Below are positions 10,905-22,355 of a stretch of 64,000 nucleotides of DNA, piece after piece. Both the position numbers and the translations under genes were made by a program. The number at the start of each line of letters is the position of its first letter. Within the stretch, counting starts at the first letter, position 1. Origin of the DNA: Deltaproteobacteria bacterium (lineage in GTDB: Bacteria; Myxococcota; Myxococcia; Myxococcales; 40CM-4-68-19); contig VBLC01000046.1 of assembly GCA_005879315.1 (NCBI GenBank), forward strand, positions 65,424 to 129,423, in the 5' to 3' direction. Below the pieces are notes generated by a model, which had not been told where the DNA came from, searched no databases, and saw only the letters and a list, made by a program, of their open reading frames with translations.

Positions 10905-10928
10905 CCCCACTACGGAGTTGGGGGCAGG

Positions 10929-12632
10929 GTGTGTGAAGGTATCCTACCCTTGGACCGCAGCTCCGAAATCTTCCGCTGGCTTACCGAACAGTCGCTGGCG
11001 GGCGTGGCGGCGGTGGTCGAGGGCCGCATCGCCTGGGCCAACGCGCGGTTGGGCGAGATGCTCGGCTACCGAAACGAAGAGCTGATCGGAATGCCCGCCG
11101 GCGACCTGGTGGCCGAAGTCGATCGCGCTGAAGTGATGCGCCACATCGGCAGCCAGGTCGAGGGCAACGGCGGCGACATCCGCAGCGCCTTCCGCGCCCA
11201 GCGCAAGGACGGCTCGCGGGTGCCGCTCGAAGTCTACGGACACCACGGCACTTTCGCAGGGAAGCCGGCCGCCATCGGGCTCTTTCTCGATCTCACCGAG
11301 CGCAAGCTGGCGGAGGCGCAGGTGCGCCACGACGCGCTCCACGATGGTCTCACCGGCCTTCCCAACCGCGCGCTCTTCATCGACCGCCTGGGTCGCTCTC
11401 TGGCGCGCACTCGCGGCGGCAAGGGCAGCGGCTTCTCCGTGCTGGTGATCGATCTCGATCGCTTCAAGCTGATCAACGACAGCCTCGGCCACAGGGCGGG
11501 AGATGAGCTGCTCGTCACCACCTCCCAGCGGCTCCTCGGCTGCGTGCGGCCCGAGGACATGGTGGCGCGGCTGGGCGGCGACGAATTCACCGTGCTGCTC
11601 GAGGACGTGCCAGACGCGCTCGAGGCGGCGCGGGTCTCCCAGAAGATCCAGCGCGAGCTCTCCGCGCCGATTGCGCTGGGCGATCGCGAGATCGTCGTCA
11701 CGCCGAGCATCGGCATCGCCCACGGCTGCCCTGATTATCTCTCCGCCGAGGAGATCCTCCGCGACGCGGACCTGGCGATGTACCGCGCCAAGGCGCGCGG
11801 ACCCGCCGGACACGCCGAGTTCGATCCGGCGATGCACAGGACCGCGATGGCGGCGCTGCAGCTGGAGAGCGACCTGCGCCGCGCTCTCGATCGCGCCGAG
11901 CTCCAGCTCCATTACCAGCCGGTGGTCTCGCTCGCGACAGGGGCCATCGTCGGCTTCGAGGCGCTGGTGCATTGGAACCATCCTGCGCGCGGGCAGCTCC
12001 GGCCGATGGAGTTCGTCCCGCTGGCCGAGGAGACGGGCCTGGTGGTGCCCATCGGCGAATGGGTGCTGCGCGAAGCCTGCCGGCAGACGCGCGAGTGGCA
12101 AGCGCGCCACCGCGGCTTGGAGCTGACGGTCGGCGTCAATCTCTCGGTGCGGCAGTTCCTCATGTCCGACGTGGTCGATACGGTGGCGCGCGCCCTGGCC
12201 GAGACCCGCCTTTCGCCACGCAATCTGCGCCTGGAATTGACCGAGTCGATGCTGATGGACAACGCGCCGCAGGCGGTGCAGGTGCTGGCCGAGTTGCGCG
12301 CGCTCGGGGTCTCGCTCGACCTCGACGACTTCGGCACGGGCTACAGCTCGCTCAGCTACCTGCACAACTTCCGCCTCGACACGCTCAAGATCGACCGCTC
12401 CTTCGTCGGGAGCTGGGAGATCGTCTCGGCCATCGTCAATCTCGCGCGCGGGCTGCGGCTCACCTTGATCGCCGAAGGGGTGGAGACCGGCGAGCAGCTC
12501 GAGGTGCTGCGCGGGCTCGGTTGCGAGTATGGCCAAGGGTATCTCTTCGGCCGGCCGATCGACGCGAAAGGGATGGAAAAACTCTTGAGCGCCGAACAGG
12601 GCGCGCGCCTCGCGCCGGGTGCCGCTGCCTAG
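10929..12632 (+). CDS. PAS-GGDEF-EAL c-di-GMP turnover protein (paralogue 1)
   Basis: PAS-like N-terminus, LTGLPNR, RPED (RxxD I-site) followed by [20 protein letters not shown] and [16 protein letters not shown] start. Confidence 0.9.
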   Translation: MCEGILPLDRSSEIFRWLTEQSLAGVAAVVEGRIAWANARLGEMLGYRNEELIGMPAGDLVAEVDRAEVMRHIGSQVEGNGGDIRSAFRAQRKDGSRVPLEVYGHHGTFAGKPAAIGLFLDLTERKLAEAQVRHDALHDGLTGLPNRALFIDRLGRSLARTRGGKGSGFSVLVIDLDRFKLINDSLGHRAGDELLVTTSQRLLGCVRPEDMVARLGGDEFTVLLEDVPDALEAARVSQKIQRELSAPIALGDREIVVTPSIGIAHGCPDYLSAEEILRDADLAMYRAKARGPAGHAEFDPAMHRTAMAALQLESDLRRALDRAELQLHYQPVVSLATGAIVGFEALVHWNHPARGQLRPMEFVPLAEETGLVVPIGEWVLREACRQTREWQARHRGLELTVGVNLSVRQFLMSDVVDTVARALAETRLSPRNLRLELTESMLMDNAPQAVQVLAELRALGVSLDLDDFGTGYSSLSYLHNFRLDTLKIDRSFVGSWEIVSAIVNLARGLRLTLIAEGVETGEQLEVLRGLGCEYGQGYLFGRPIDAKGMEKLLSAEQGARLAPGAAA

Positions 12633-12708
12633 AGTCAAGACGTAGCACTCCCTGCGGGCATGTGCGCGGCGCGCTTCCAGCGCCGCAGTTCGGATACTGG
12701 CCGCGCCG

Positions 12709-14475
12709 GTGATTGCCGGTATTGTTGAACGAGCGATGTCCCTTCCGCTTCCGATCGAGGCCGAGCGGCTGCGCGCCGAATCGCAACGGCAGCTCGGCGA
12801 GCTCCTCGAAGTGATGCAGTTCCTCGCCGTCCTGCAGGACGTGCAGGGCCGCGTCAGCTATTGCAACGACGCGCTCCTGCGGCTGACCGGTTATGGCCGC
12901 GAGGACGTCGTCGGGAAGAACTGGTTCGACCTCTTCGTGCCGGCCGAGGAACGCGAGTCGCGCCGGGGCGCCTATCTCGCCGAGCTGCCGCGGGGCGACT
13001 TCCAACCAAACATCGAGCGCGAGCTGCAGACCGCGAACGGCGAGCAGCGCCTCATCCAGTGGAATCAGCTCCCGCTGCGCGAGGGCGCCCGCGTGATCGG
13101 CTGTGCCCGCATCGGAACCGACGTCACCGAAATCCGCCGCGCCTCGCAGAAGCTGCTCCACGACGCCTTCCACGATGCGCTCACGGGGCTGCCCAACCGC
13201 GCGCTGTTCATGGACCGCCTCTCCCACCGCCTGGCGCTGGAGAAGCGCCGGCAGGGGAGCAGCTTCTCGGTGCTCTTCCTCGACGTCGATCGCTTCAAGG
13301 TCATCAACGACAGCCTCGGCCACGTCCGCGGCGACGAGCTGTTGGCCGAGGTCGGGCGGCGGCTGCAGGCTTGCCTGCGGGCGGGCGACACCGTCGCGCG
13401 GCTGGGCGGCGACGAGTTCACCATCCTCATCGAGGACGTGAAGAACAAGGCCGAGGCGCTCAAGGTCGCCGAGCGCGTCCAGCAGGATCTGCGCGCGCCG
13501 TTCTCCATCGGCGGGCAGGAGATCTTCAGCGGCGCGAGCATCGGCATCGCCCACGGAAGCAGCGGCTACGCCCGGCCCGAAGACATCCTCCGCGACGCCG
13601 ACACCGCGCTCTACCGGGCCAAGGCGCAGGGGCGGGGCCGCTTCGTCGAGTTCGACCCGAGCATGCACGACCGCGCGATGGCGCTCTTGCGGCTCGAGAC
13701 CGATCTGCGCCGCGCCCTCGACCGGAACGAGCTGCGCATCCATTACCAGCCCGTCGTTTCCCTCGCGACGGGCCGCATCGTCGGAGCGGAGGCGCTGGTC
13801 CGCTGGCTCCATCCCGAGCGCGGGCTGGTCTCTCCGATCGAGTTCATTCCGCTCGCCGAGGAGACCGGCCTGATCATCGCCATCGGCGGCTGGGTGCTCA
13901 CCGAGGCCTGCCGGCAGATGAAGGAGTGGCAGGACAAGGTCGGCCAGGCCGAGCTGGAGCTGAGCGTGAACCTCAGCTCGCAGCAGTTCGCGCAGCCGGG
14001 CCTGGTGGCGCAGGTGGCGGACGTTCTGCGCGAGACGGGTCTGTCGCCGCGCTGCCTGCGGCTGGAAGTGACCGAGAGCCTGCTGATGGAGAGGCATCCG
14101 CACATCGCCGACACGCTCACCGAGCTGCGCGCCATGGGCGTGCGCCTCGACCTCGACGACTTCGGCACCGGCTACTCGTCGCTCAGCTACCTGCACCAGT
14201 TCCCCATCGACACGCTCAAGATCGACAAGAGCTTCATCGCCCGCATCGGCGAGAGCGAGGAAGGGCTGGAGATCGTCCACACCATCATGTCGTTGGCGCG
14301 GAGCCTGGACATGGAAGTGGTGGCGGAGGGCGTGGAGAACGCCAAGCAGCTCGATGCGCTGCGGCAGCTCGGCTGCGCGCACGCGCAGGGGTATCATTTG
14401 AGCAGGCCGGTCGACAGCGGGAAGTTCGGAGTGCTGCTCGGCGAAGGGAAGAGCCTGACCGTCGTCAACGGCTGA
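12709..14475 (+). CDS. PAS-GGDEF-EAL c-di-GMP turnover protein (paralogue 2)
   Basis: Same architecture as paralogue 1: RAGD followed by [20 protein letters not shown] and [16 protein letters not shown] 12709 or ATG 12736 start. Confidence 0.9.
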   Translation: MIAGIVERAMSLPLPIEAERLRAESQRQLGELLEVMQFLAVLQDVQGRVSYCNDALLRLTGYGREDVVGKNWFDLFVPAEERESRRGAYLAELPRGDFQPNIERELQTANGEQRLIQWNQLPLREGARVIGCARIGTDVTEIRRASQKLLHDAFHDALTGLPNRALFMDRLSHRLALEKRRQGSSFSVLFLDVDRFKVINDSLGHVRGDELLAEVGRRLQACLRAGDTVARLGGDEFTILIEDVKNKAEALKVAERVQQDLRAPFSIGGQEIFSGASIGIAHGSSGYARPEDILRDADTALYRAKAQGRGRFVEFDPSMHDRAMALLRLETDLRRALDRNELRIHYQPVVSLATGRIVGAEALVRWLHPERGLVSPIEFIPLAEETGLIIAIGGWVLTEACRQMKEWQDKVGQAELELSVNLSSQQFAQPGLVAQVADVLRETGLSPRCLRLEVTESLLMERHPHIADTLTELRAMGVRLDLDDFGTGYSSLSYLHQFPIDTLKIDKSFIARIGESEEGLEIVHTIMSLARSLDMEVVAEGVENAKQLDALRQLGCAHAQGYHLSRPVDSGKFGVLLGEGKSLTVVNG

Positions 14476-14518
14476 GCCTTGCGCAAGCGCCTTGCGTCGT
14501 GTACGCAAAGCGCCGCGC

Positions 14519-15687
<1,169 letters not shown>

Positions 15688-15691
<4 letters not shown>

Positions 15692-16128
15692 GCTTCGTCT
15701 CCTCGCTGGTGCGAAACCTCCTCGGCAAGCCCGTGGCCGCCGATTTCCGCGACTCGGCCGAGCACTTCGTCTCGGTCCTGCGCGAGCACGGCATCCAGCT
15801 GACGTTTGCAAGAGAGGATCTGCAGCTCGTCGACGACCTCGCCGAGCGATTGGCGAAACACAGCGAATACCGCGACGCGCTCGGTTGCTGGCTCGGCGAA
15901 GTCCTGGTGCGCAACTTCGCCGGCGAGTGGGTTCCCGGCCACGCCCTCGGTCCGGCGGTGCGGGTCGTGACTACGACGGGCGTCAAGCACCTCTTCCCGC
16001 TCGGCTGGATCTACCGCCGCGCCGACGGTGGCGAGAGCGAATCGATCGCCGCCAAGCTGCACCGCGAGCTGGGTTATCCCGACCCGGCGCACCTGCGGAA
16101 ATTTGCCGATTCGGGGGAGCGCGCATGA
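15688..16128 (+). CDS. uncharacterised 146-aa protein inserted between sucC and sucD
   Basis: It is the C-terminal part of six-frame ORF 14479..16128. TTG 15688 overlaps the sucC TGA (TTGA) with GGGAG 7 nt upstream, and its TGA overlaps the sucD ATG (ATGA 16125-16128). The composition is balanced (W, Y, F, H, K, D/E), unlike shadow frames. No family recognised. Confidence 0.6.
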
Positions 16129-17000
16129 GCGTCCTCGTCGACAAGGAAACCCGCGTAGTCTGCCAGGGCATCACCGGCAGCGCCGGCTCCTTCCACTCCA
16201 GGCAGATGCTCGCCTACGGCACACAGCTGGTCGCCGGCGTCACGCCCGGCAAGGGGGGCAGCAAGTTCGAAGGAAAGGTGCCGGTCTTCGACACCGTCCG
16301 CGGCGCGGTGAAAGAGACGCGCGCCAACGCCAGCGTCATCTTCGTCCCGCCAGCCTTCGCTGCAGACGCCATTCTCGAAGCCGTCGCCGCCGGGATTCCC
16401 CTCGTCGTCTGCATCACCGAGGGCATTCCCATCGACGACATGGTCAAGGTCAAGCGCGCCATGCAGGGATCGCAAACGCGCCTGATCGGCCCCAACTGCC
16501 CGGGCATCATCACGCCGGGCGAGTGCAAGATCGGCATCATGCCCGGCCACATCCACAAGAAGGGCCGCATCGGCATCGTCTCCCGCTCGGGCACCCTCAC
16601 CTACGAGGCGGTGCACCAGGTGACGCAGCTGGGGATGGGGCAGAGCACCGCCATCGGCATCGGCGGCGACCCGGTGCACGGCATGGATTTCGTCGACTGC
16701 ATGAAGCTCTTCGCCGGCGATCCGGACACCGACGCCGTCATCCTCATCGGCGAGATCGGCGGCAGCGAGGAAGAGGACGCCGCCGCCTGGATCAAGGGGA
16801 ACTACCGGAAGCCGGTGGTCGGATTCATCGCCGGCGCCACCGCTCCTCCCGGCAAGCGGATGGGCCACGCCGGAGCCATCATCTCCGGCGGCAAGGGCAC
16901 CGCGCAGGACAAGTTCCGCGCTCTCGGCGAGGCCGGCGTGCACATCGCCAAGGGCCCGCACGAGCTCGGCTCGACGCTCAAGTCGGTGCTGAGGGCGTGA
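16125..17000 (+). CDS. sucD: succinyl-CoA synthetase alpha subunit
   Basis: [20 protein letters not shown] and GHAGAII (phospho-His loop). GGGGAG Shine-Dalgarno upstream. Confidence 0.95.
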   Translation: MSVLVDKETRVVCQGITGSAGSFHSRQMLAYGTQLVAGVTPGKGGSKFEGKVPVFDTVRGAVKETRANASVIFVPPAFAADAILEAVAAGIPLVVCITEGIPIDDMVKVKRAMQGSQTRLIGPNCPGIITPGECKIGIMPGHIHKKGRIGIVSRSGTLTYEAVHQVTQLGMGQSTAIGIGGDPVHGMDFVDCMKLFAGDPDTDAVILIGEIGGSEEEDAAAWIKGNYRKPVVGFIAGATAPPGKRMGHAGAIISGGKGTAQDKFRALGEAGVHIAKGPHELGSTLKSVLRA

Positions 17001-17896
17001 CCGCCGCGCTGGCGGCGCAGGCGCTGAGCAAGTCCTACCGCACTCCGGGGGGCGGCCAGCTGGTGGCGGTCGATGCCCTCTCGTTCGAAGTCCAGCCCGG
17101 GGAGATCGTCGGCGTTCTCGGACCCAACGGCGCGGGGAAGACGACCGCCCTGCAGCTGGCGTTGAAGCTCTTGCATCCCGACTCCGGCGAGTCGCGGCTC
17201 TTCGGGCTAGACCCGGAAGACCTCGCCGCGCGCCGCCGGGTCGGATACGCGCCCGACGCGCCGATCTTTCCCAAGGCGTTCACCGGCCGCCGCGTGCTCG
17301 AGCTGCACGCCGATCTGCTCGGAGTTCCGCGGCAGCGGATCATCTCTCTGATCGAGCAGACCAACCTGGCCGAGGCGGCGCAGCGGCAGGTCGCGACGTA
17401 TTCGCGCGGGCAGCTGCAGCGGCTCGGTCTTTCCCAGGCGTTGCTCAACGAGCCCGACCTGCTGCTGCTCGACGAGCCCACCGCCGGCCTCGACCCAGCC
17501 GGCGTGGCGAGCATCCGGGCGATCCTCTTGTCGGTGCGGACACGCGGCGGGGCGGTGCTGCTCAATTCGCACCTGCTCTCGGAAGTGGAGCGCATCTGCG
17601 ACCGGGTTCTCTTCATCAAGAACGGCCGGCTTCTGCGGGCTCATGACGTGCACGCCGGCGGTCGGCGCGCCGAAGTGCGGCTCCGCAACGCGCCTCAGCT
17701 GGCGGCGAGGCTCGGGGAAAGACTTCCCGGGGGTGCGCTGGAGGGCGATCGCTTTCGCATTCCAGTCGCCGGGGAAGAGGCGGTGCCCGGCCTGGTCCGA
17801 TCGCTCGTCGAGATGGGCGGCGAGATCCTCGAAGTGAAGCTCGGCGGAGCGGAGCTGGAAGAGCTCTATCTCCAGCTCGTCGAGGGCCGCGCGTGA
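16997..17896 (+). CDS. ABC transporter ATP-binding protein (ABC-2 type)
   Basis: Walker [10 protein letters not shown], signature variant [11 protein letters not shown], Walker [13 protein letters not shown] and H-loop NSHLL. GTG overlaps the sucD stop (GTGA). Confidence 0.85.
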   Translation: MTAALAAQALSKSYRTPGGGQLVAVDALSFEVQPGEIVGVLGPNGAGKTTALQLALKLLHPDSGESRLFGLDPEDLAARRRVGYAPDAPIFPKAFTGRRVLELHADLLGVPRQRIISLIEQTNLAEAAQRQVATYSRGQLQRLGLSQALLNEPDLLLLDEPTAGLDPAGVASIRAILLSVRTRGGAVLLNSHLLSEVERICDRVLFIKNGRLLRAHDVHAGGRRAEVRLRNAPQLAARLGERLPGGALEGDRFRIPVAGEEAVPGLVRSLVEMGGEILEVKLGGAELEELYLQLVEGRA

Positions 17897-18591
17897 TCTC
17901 CTGGGTCATCGCTCGCGCCACGGCTCGCGAGAGGGGGCTTTCCCCGCTGACCATCGCCATCGCCGTCGTCCTGGCGCTGGTCGCTTGCTTCTCCTCTTCC
18001 GCCGACGCCTGGGCTGGTCTCACCTTCGAGGTGCTCACGCTCCTCGTCGGCGCGGGCCTGCTCGCCGACGAGCTCGAGTCAGGCCATGCCCAGCTGGTCC
18101 TGCTCCGTCCGCTGACTCGCGCGCAGTGGCTGGGCGGCCGGCTCGCCGGCGCCGCGCTGGTGCTCGCCTCGGCGGCTCTTCTCGCCACGCTGGCCGGCGC
18201 GCAGGCGGCGATCTTCCGCGGCCTCGGGTCGGAAACGCTCCCGCGGCTGGCCGTCTTGCCGCTGACGCTGCTGCCCGCTTTCGCCTGGCTCGCCACGCTC
18301 GTCGCGCTCTCCGCCGTCGCGCGGGGCTGGACGAACGCCGGCATCGTCATCGCCGTCTACTTCGGCTGGAAGATCGCGAAATTCTCCCTGCCGCTGGCCC
18401 TCCACCGGCTCGATCTCCAGCCGCTGTTCGAGGGCCTCGACCGCTACTTCGGCCCGCAGGAGCTGATCTCGCTGCCGGCGGGCACTTCGCTGATCGAGCG
18501 CGCAGCGTGGGACGTCCTCTGGGTCTTCGCCTCCTGGACCTCCGCGGTTCGCCTCTTCAACCTGCGCGAGCTGGCCCGGCGGCGCCCATGA
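17893..18591 (+). CDS. ABC-2-type transporter permease-like membrane protein
   Basis: 232 aa with about 6 hydrophobic helices. GTG overlaps the ATPase stop (GTGA). Confidence 0.65.
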   Translation: MISWVIARATARERGLSPLTIAIAVVLALVACFSSSADAWAGLTFEVLTLLVGAGLLADELESGHAQLVLLRPLTRAQWLGGRLAGAALVLASAALLATLAGAQAAIFRGLGSETLPRLAVLPLTLLPAFAWLATLVALSAVARGWTNAGIVIAVYFGWKIAKFSLPLALHRLDLQPLFEGLDRYFGPQELISLPAGTSLIERAAWDVLWVFASWTSAVRLFNLRELARRRP

Positions 18592-18674
18592 CCCAGCGCC
18601 AGGTCCCGCGCATTTTGTACATTTTGACGGCCGTGGCGGCGGCCCTCTGGCTGCTCGCCCGCGTGTTCACTTGA
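18588..18674 (+). CDS. 28-aa hydrophobic micro-ORF (MTQRQVPRILYILTAVAAALWLLARVFT)
   Basis: The ATG overlaps the permease stop (ATGA 18588-18591) and there is a single TM-like helix. Short, so chance cannot be excluded. Confidence 0.35.
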   Translation: MTQRQVPRILYILTAVAAALWLLARVFT

Positions 18675-18700
18675 CGTACAGGCCTCAAACCATGTAAAGA
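18671..18700 (+). promoter_or_regulatory. candidate promoter for rpsP operon
   Basis: TTGACG (18671-18676), 18-nt spacer, TAAAGA (18695-18700). GGGAG Shine-Dalgarno 5 nt before the rpsP ATG. Confidence 0.4.
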
Positions 18701-18724
18701 AGCCCGCTTTTTCAGGGAGCCCAA

Positions 18725-18985
18725 ATGGCCGTCAAGCTGCGCCTCGCCCGCCGGGGCGCCAAGAAGTCGCCTTTCTACCACGTGGTCGCGACCGACTCGC
18801 GGAATCCCCGCGACGGCCGCTTCAACGAGGAGATCGGCACCTACGATCCCAATTTCAGCCCCGCGAAGATCACGCTGAAGCAGGACCGGCTCGACCACTG
18901 GCTGAAGATGGGCGCCAAGCCCAGCGCCACGGTCGCGCAGATCATCAGGCAGGCGAAGAAGACCGCGGCGCAGCCGGCGCGATAG
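18725..18985 (+). CDS. rpsP: 30S ribosomal protein S16
   Basis: [33 protein letters not shown]. Confidence 0.97.
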   Translation: MAVKLRLARRGAKKSPFYHVVATDSRNPRDGRFNEEIGTYDPNFSPAKITLKQDRLDHWLKMGAKPSATVAQIIRQAKKTAAQPAR

Positions 18986-18989
18986 CGCC

Positions 18990-19472
18990 ATGGAGCCCCT
19001 CCTCGCCGTCGGGCGGGTGGCGAGGGCGCATGGCCTCCGCGGGCGCGTCTTGATCGCTCCCTACAATGCCGCCTCCGAGGGCCTGACCCGGGTGCAGCAG
19101 CTCTGGGTGGGCGAACGGCGCTTCGAGGTGGACCGCGCCGAGCGCGTCAACCTCGGATATCTGGTGGCGCTGCGCGGGATCGAGAGCCGCGAGGAGGCGG
19201 ACAAGCTGCGGGGCGAGCAAGTCCGGGCCGCTCGGTCGGACCTGCCGCCGCTGGAGGAAGGCGAGCTCTACGCGGTCGACCTGATCGGCTTCCAGGTAGT
19301 CGATGTGCAGGGCCGCCTGCGCGGCGTGGTCGAGGACGTGGAAGAGGCCGGCCCGCAAGATCTCCTTCGCCTGCGCGGCGGCACGCTGGTCCCCTTCGCG
19401 CTGGTCAAGGAAGTGAAGGACGGCAGCATCGTGGTCGAGGCGCCGGAAGGGCTGTTCGAGCTGGAGGAATGA
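18990..19472 (+). CDS. rimM: 16S rRNA processing protein RimM
   Basis: [14 protein letters not shown]-barrel-like C-terminus, and the conserved position between rpsP and trmD. Confidence 0.9.
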   Translation: MEPLLAVGRVARAHGLRGRVLIAPYNAASEGLTRVQQLWVGERRFEVDRAERVNLGYLVALRGIESREEADKLRGEQVRAARSDLPPLEEGELYAVDLIGFQVVDVQGRLRGVVEDVEEAGPQDLLRLRGGTLVPFALVKEVKDGSIVVEAPEGLFELEE

Positions 19473-19473
19473 A

Positions 19474-20154
19474 GTGCTCTCGGTGGAAGTGCTCACGCTC
19501 TTTCCGCGCATGATCGCGGCGCCGATCGAGGAGAGCCTCCTCGGCAAGGCGCGAAAGACCGGTCTCGTCAGCGTGCAGGTGACGGACATCCGCGACTTCG
19601 CCGCGGGCAAGCACCGCGTGACCGACGACGTACCCTACGGCGGGGGCGCCGGCATGGTGATGAAGCCAGAGCCGCTGGTGGCCGCCATCGAAGCAGCGCG
19701 CGCGCGGCTGCCCGGAGCGCACGTCGTCCTGCTCTCGCCGCAGGGACGCAGGTTCGATCAGCCGCTCGCGCAGAAGCTGCTCGAACGGGAGAAGCTCGTC
19801 CTCGTCTGCGGCCGCTACGAAGGGGTGGACGAGCGAGTGCTGAACTTCGTCGACGAGGAGATCTCCCTCGGCGACTTCGTTCTCTCCGGCGGCGAGTTCG
19901 CCGCGCTGGCGTTGATCGACGCGGTCGCCCGCCTGGTCCCGGGCGTGATGGGCAACGACCTCTCCGCCCAGGTGGAAAGTTTCAAGGAAGGGCTCCTGGA
20001 GGGGCCGCACTACACCCGGCCGCCGGAGTTTCGCGGCCTGAAAGTGCCCGAGGTGCTGCTCTCCGGCGATCACCAGAGGATCGCCCGCTGGCGCCAGGAG
20101 CAGGCGCTCCTGCGCACCAGGGAGCGCAGGCCCGATCTTCTGAAAAAAGCTTGA
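19474..20154 (+). CDS. trmD: tRNA (guanine37-N1)-methyltransferase
   Basis: [21 protein letters not shown] and [14 protein letters not shown] start with GGAGG 5 nt upstream. Confidence 0.95.
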   Translation: MLSVEVLTLFPRMIAAPIEESLLGKARKTGLVSVQVTDIRDFAAGKHRVTDDVPYGGGAGMVMKPEPLVAAIEAARARLPGAHVVLLSPQGRRFDQPLAQKLLEREKLVLVCGRYEGVDERVLNFVDEEISLGDFVLSGGEFAALALIDAVARLVPGVMGNDLSAQVESFKEGLLEGPHYTRPPEFRGLKVPEVLLSGDHQRIARWRQEQALLRTRERRPDLLKKA

Positions 20155-20198
20155 CGCAGATGTGTTATTAGGCGAGCGGTAAAAGCGAGGAACCAAAG

Positions 20199-20573
20199 AT
20201 GCGTTCGAGAGCGATCGAGCTGGTAGAGCAGCGCAACGTGAAGCCCGAAACACGGGCACAGATCCCGCAATTCCGCGTCGGCGACACCGTGCGGGTGCAC
20301 ACGAAGATCAGCGAGGGCGACAAGGAGCGCATCCAGATCTTCGAGGGCGTGGTCATCCGCCGCAAGCGCGGGCACGCCAGCACCACCTTCACCGTCCGCA
20401 AGATGAGCTACGGCGTGGGCGTCGAGCGCATCTTCCCGCTCTACTCGCCGCGCATCGACAAGATCGAAGTGATGACCAGCGGCAAGGTGAAGCGCGCCCG
20501 GCTCTTCTACCTGCGCGACCTGCAGGGCAAGGCCGCGCGGCTCAAGAGCGCGGAAGAGGGCGCGGCGCAGTAA
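20199..20573 (+). CDS. rplS: 50S ribosomal protein L19
   Basis: [13 protein letters not shown]...[11 protein letters not shown]. Confidence 0.97.
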   Translation: MRSRAIELVEQRNVKPETRAQIPQFRVGDTVRVHTKISEGDKERIQIFEGVVIRRKRGHASTTFTVRKMSYGVGVERIFPLYSPRIDKIEVMTSGKVKRARLFYLRDLQGKAARLKSAEEGAAQ

Positions 20574-20597
20574 CCTCGCCCTGGGGGGCCTGACCGC

Positions 20598-22355
20598 GTG
20601 CAGCTCACGGAGCTGCTGTATCAAAAGATCAAGGACCTGGGCGCCGAGGGCCAGCTCGCGTTCAAGCCCGGATACGTCGCCATCGTTTCCAAGGCGGCAT
20701 CGCTGCGCGCGGCGCTGCTCGCTCCCATCTCCCCCTCGCCGGACGATCAGCGCCGGCTGATGGACGGCGGCGGCCCGAGCCGCATCGGCGTCGGCCTGGT
20801 CGGCGGCGATGGCCTTCCCTACCGCATCCTTCGCGAGCTGGGCGGCAGCCGCACGCTGCAGAAGTTCGACGCGAGCGGGAAGAAGTTCAACACGCTGAGC
20901 GAGGATCAGCTGGAGATCGATTCCTTCCTCCGCGTCGAGTGCGGCATGCCGCCGCTCGAGGCCTACGCCTCCTTCTTCGTGCTGGAGGTGAACGAGCTCC
21001 CCTCGATGCGAGGCAAGTCGGCGGCGGCGGCGAGCGACGCCTACGTCGACCACCCCAAGGTCAAGGCGCTCAAGGACGAGCTGGAGCAGACCAAGCGGTT
21101 CGAGGGCATGCAGGACCGGCTCTTCAAGGTGCAGTCGCGCCTGCACGATCTCGGGGTGCTCTCGGACAAGATGAAGGAGGCGGAGGCCGACCTCAAAGCC
21201 ATCGACGCCGAGCTGGGGCGCGCGCCTTGGACCGCGGAGCAGATGAAGGACATCGCCCACCGCGCAGCCACTGCCAAGGACGCTCTCAAGAAGCGCGACA
21301 ACGACATTGCGGAGGTGCACAAGCGCAGGCAGCGCGCGATGCAGACGGTGCCGCCGCCGCCCGAGCCTTTCCTCTCCAGTCCCTGGTTCTACGGCGGCAT
21401 GCTCCTCGGCATCGCCATCGATGCCCTCGCTTACGTGATGAAGAAGCCGCACATCGCTTTCTTTGCGCTCTTGCCTCTTCTCGCCGCGCTCATCGCCGCG
21501 CTCCGCTTCATCGAGGCCGACGAGGCCGACAAGCAGGCCGCGCAGCTGGTCAAGGACTTGAAGGAGCGCGAGGACACCATCCGCCGCAACTACGAGGCCG
21601 AGCAGGCTCCGCTCAAGTCTGCCCTGCGATCCGCCAACGCCGACACGCCCGGCGACCTGCTCGAAGTCTTCCGGCAGCGCGAGTTGGTGCTGCAGCGCCG
21701 CGAGCTGGCCAAGGCCAAGATCGACAAGCTCAAGCTCGAGCCGGAGCTGTCGCGACTTCCCATCGAGATGCCGCTCCTCCAGTCGGAGAAGGGCAAGCTC
21801 GAGGAGCAGGTGCTGGCGATGGGTTTCTCGCGCCCGATCGGGGAGATCGAAGCCGACCTGAAGCACGCGCTGGGCATCTCGGCGCTGGCGAGCAAGGGCG
21901 CCGTGGTCATCCCCGAGCAGGAGGTGCCCAAGAACCTCATCGACCGCGCCGCCGAGCTGCTCAACATTCCCAGCGAGGAGCTGTGGTCGCAGATGGGGCC
22001 GCGGCTGACGGCATATCTGACGGCGCTGACCGACAAGCGGGTCCTCTCCGGGAAGCCCGACGAGAAGGGCCTCTTGACCTTGGCCGCGCCCGATGGCCGC
22101 AGCGGGCCGTACACCAGCCTGCCGCCGCCGCTGCGCGACCTGGTCTACGCGGCGCTGCGGCTCACCCTGGTCGAGCGGGTCGCCGGATACAAGCGGCTGC
22201 CGGTGGTGATCGACGACGCCTTCGGCACGCTCGAGCCGGCCAAGCGCGCGCTGGTCGCCAAGATGCTCAAGGGCATCTCCACGCAGACGCAGGTGATCCA
22301 TCGCGTCGGCGAGCCTCCGCCGGCGGGTACGGCCGACGTCGTGCTGCAGGCATGA
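20598..22355 (+). CDS. YhaN/Rad50-like coiled-coil membrane protein with degenerate Walker A
   Basis: The N-terminal MQLTELL...FKPGYVAIVSKAASL lies where SMC/YhaN proteins have GxxGxGKS. There are long coiled-coil stretches and a central TM hairpin (WFYGGMLLGIAIDALAYV / IAFFALLPLLAALIAAL). The C-terminal LVYAALRLTL...PVVIDDAFGTLE is Walker B/D-loop-like. Confidence 0.6.
   Translation: MQLTELLYQKIKDLGAEGQLAFKPGYVAIVSKAASLRAALLAPISPSPDDQRRLMDGGGPSRIGVGLVGGDGLPYRILRELGGSRTLQKFDASGKKFNTLSEDQLEIDSFLRVECGMPPLEAYASFFVLEVNELPSMRGKSAAAASDAYVDHPKVKALKDELEQTKRFEGMQDRLFKVQSRLHDLGVLSDKMKEAEADLKAIDAELGRAPWTAEQMKDIAHRAATAKDALKKRDNDIAEVHKRRQRAMQTVPPPPEPFLSSPWFYGGMLLGIAIDALAYVMKKPHIAFFALLPLLAALIAALRFIEADEADKQAAQLVKDLKEREDTIRRNYEAEQAPLKSALRSANADTPGDLLEVFRQRELVLQRRELAKAKIDKLKLEPELSRLPIEMPLLQSEKGKLEEQVLAMGFSRPIGEIEADLKHALGISALASKGAVVIPEQEVPKNLIDRAAELLNIPSEELWSQMGPRLTAYLTALTDKRVLSGKPDEKGLLTLAAPDGRSGPYTSLPPPLRDLVYAALRLTLVERVAGYKRLPVVIDDAFGTLEPAKRALVAKMLKGISTQTQVIHRVGEPPPAGTADVVLQA

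Noticed and set aside
11234-14168. Matched pairs of antisense ORFs of identical length in the two GGDEF-EAL genes: 160 aa at 11234..11716 and 13065..13547, and 141 aa at 11912..12337 and 13743..14168, both starting MPKSSRS.
   Set aside because: Their similarity simply mirrors the sense-strand paralogy. For example, MPKSSRS is the antisense reading of the DLDDFGTG codons. The composition is Ser/Arg/Pro-rich junk, so there is no independent evidence of coding.
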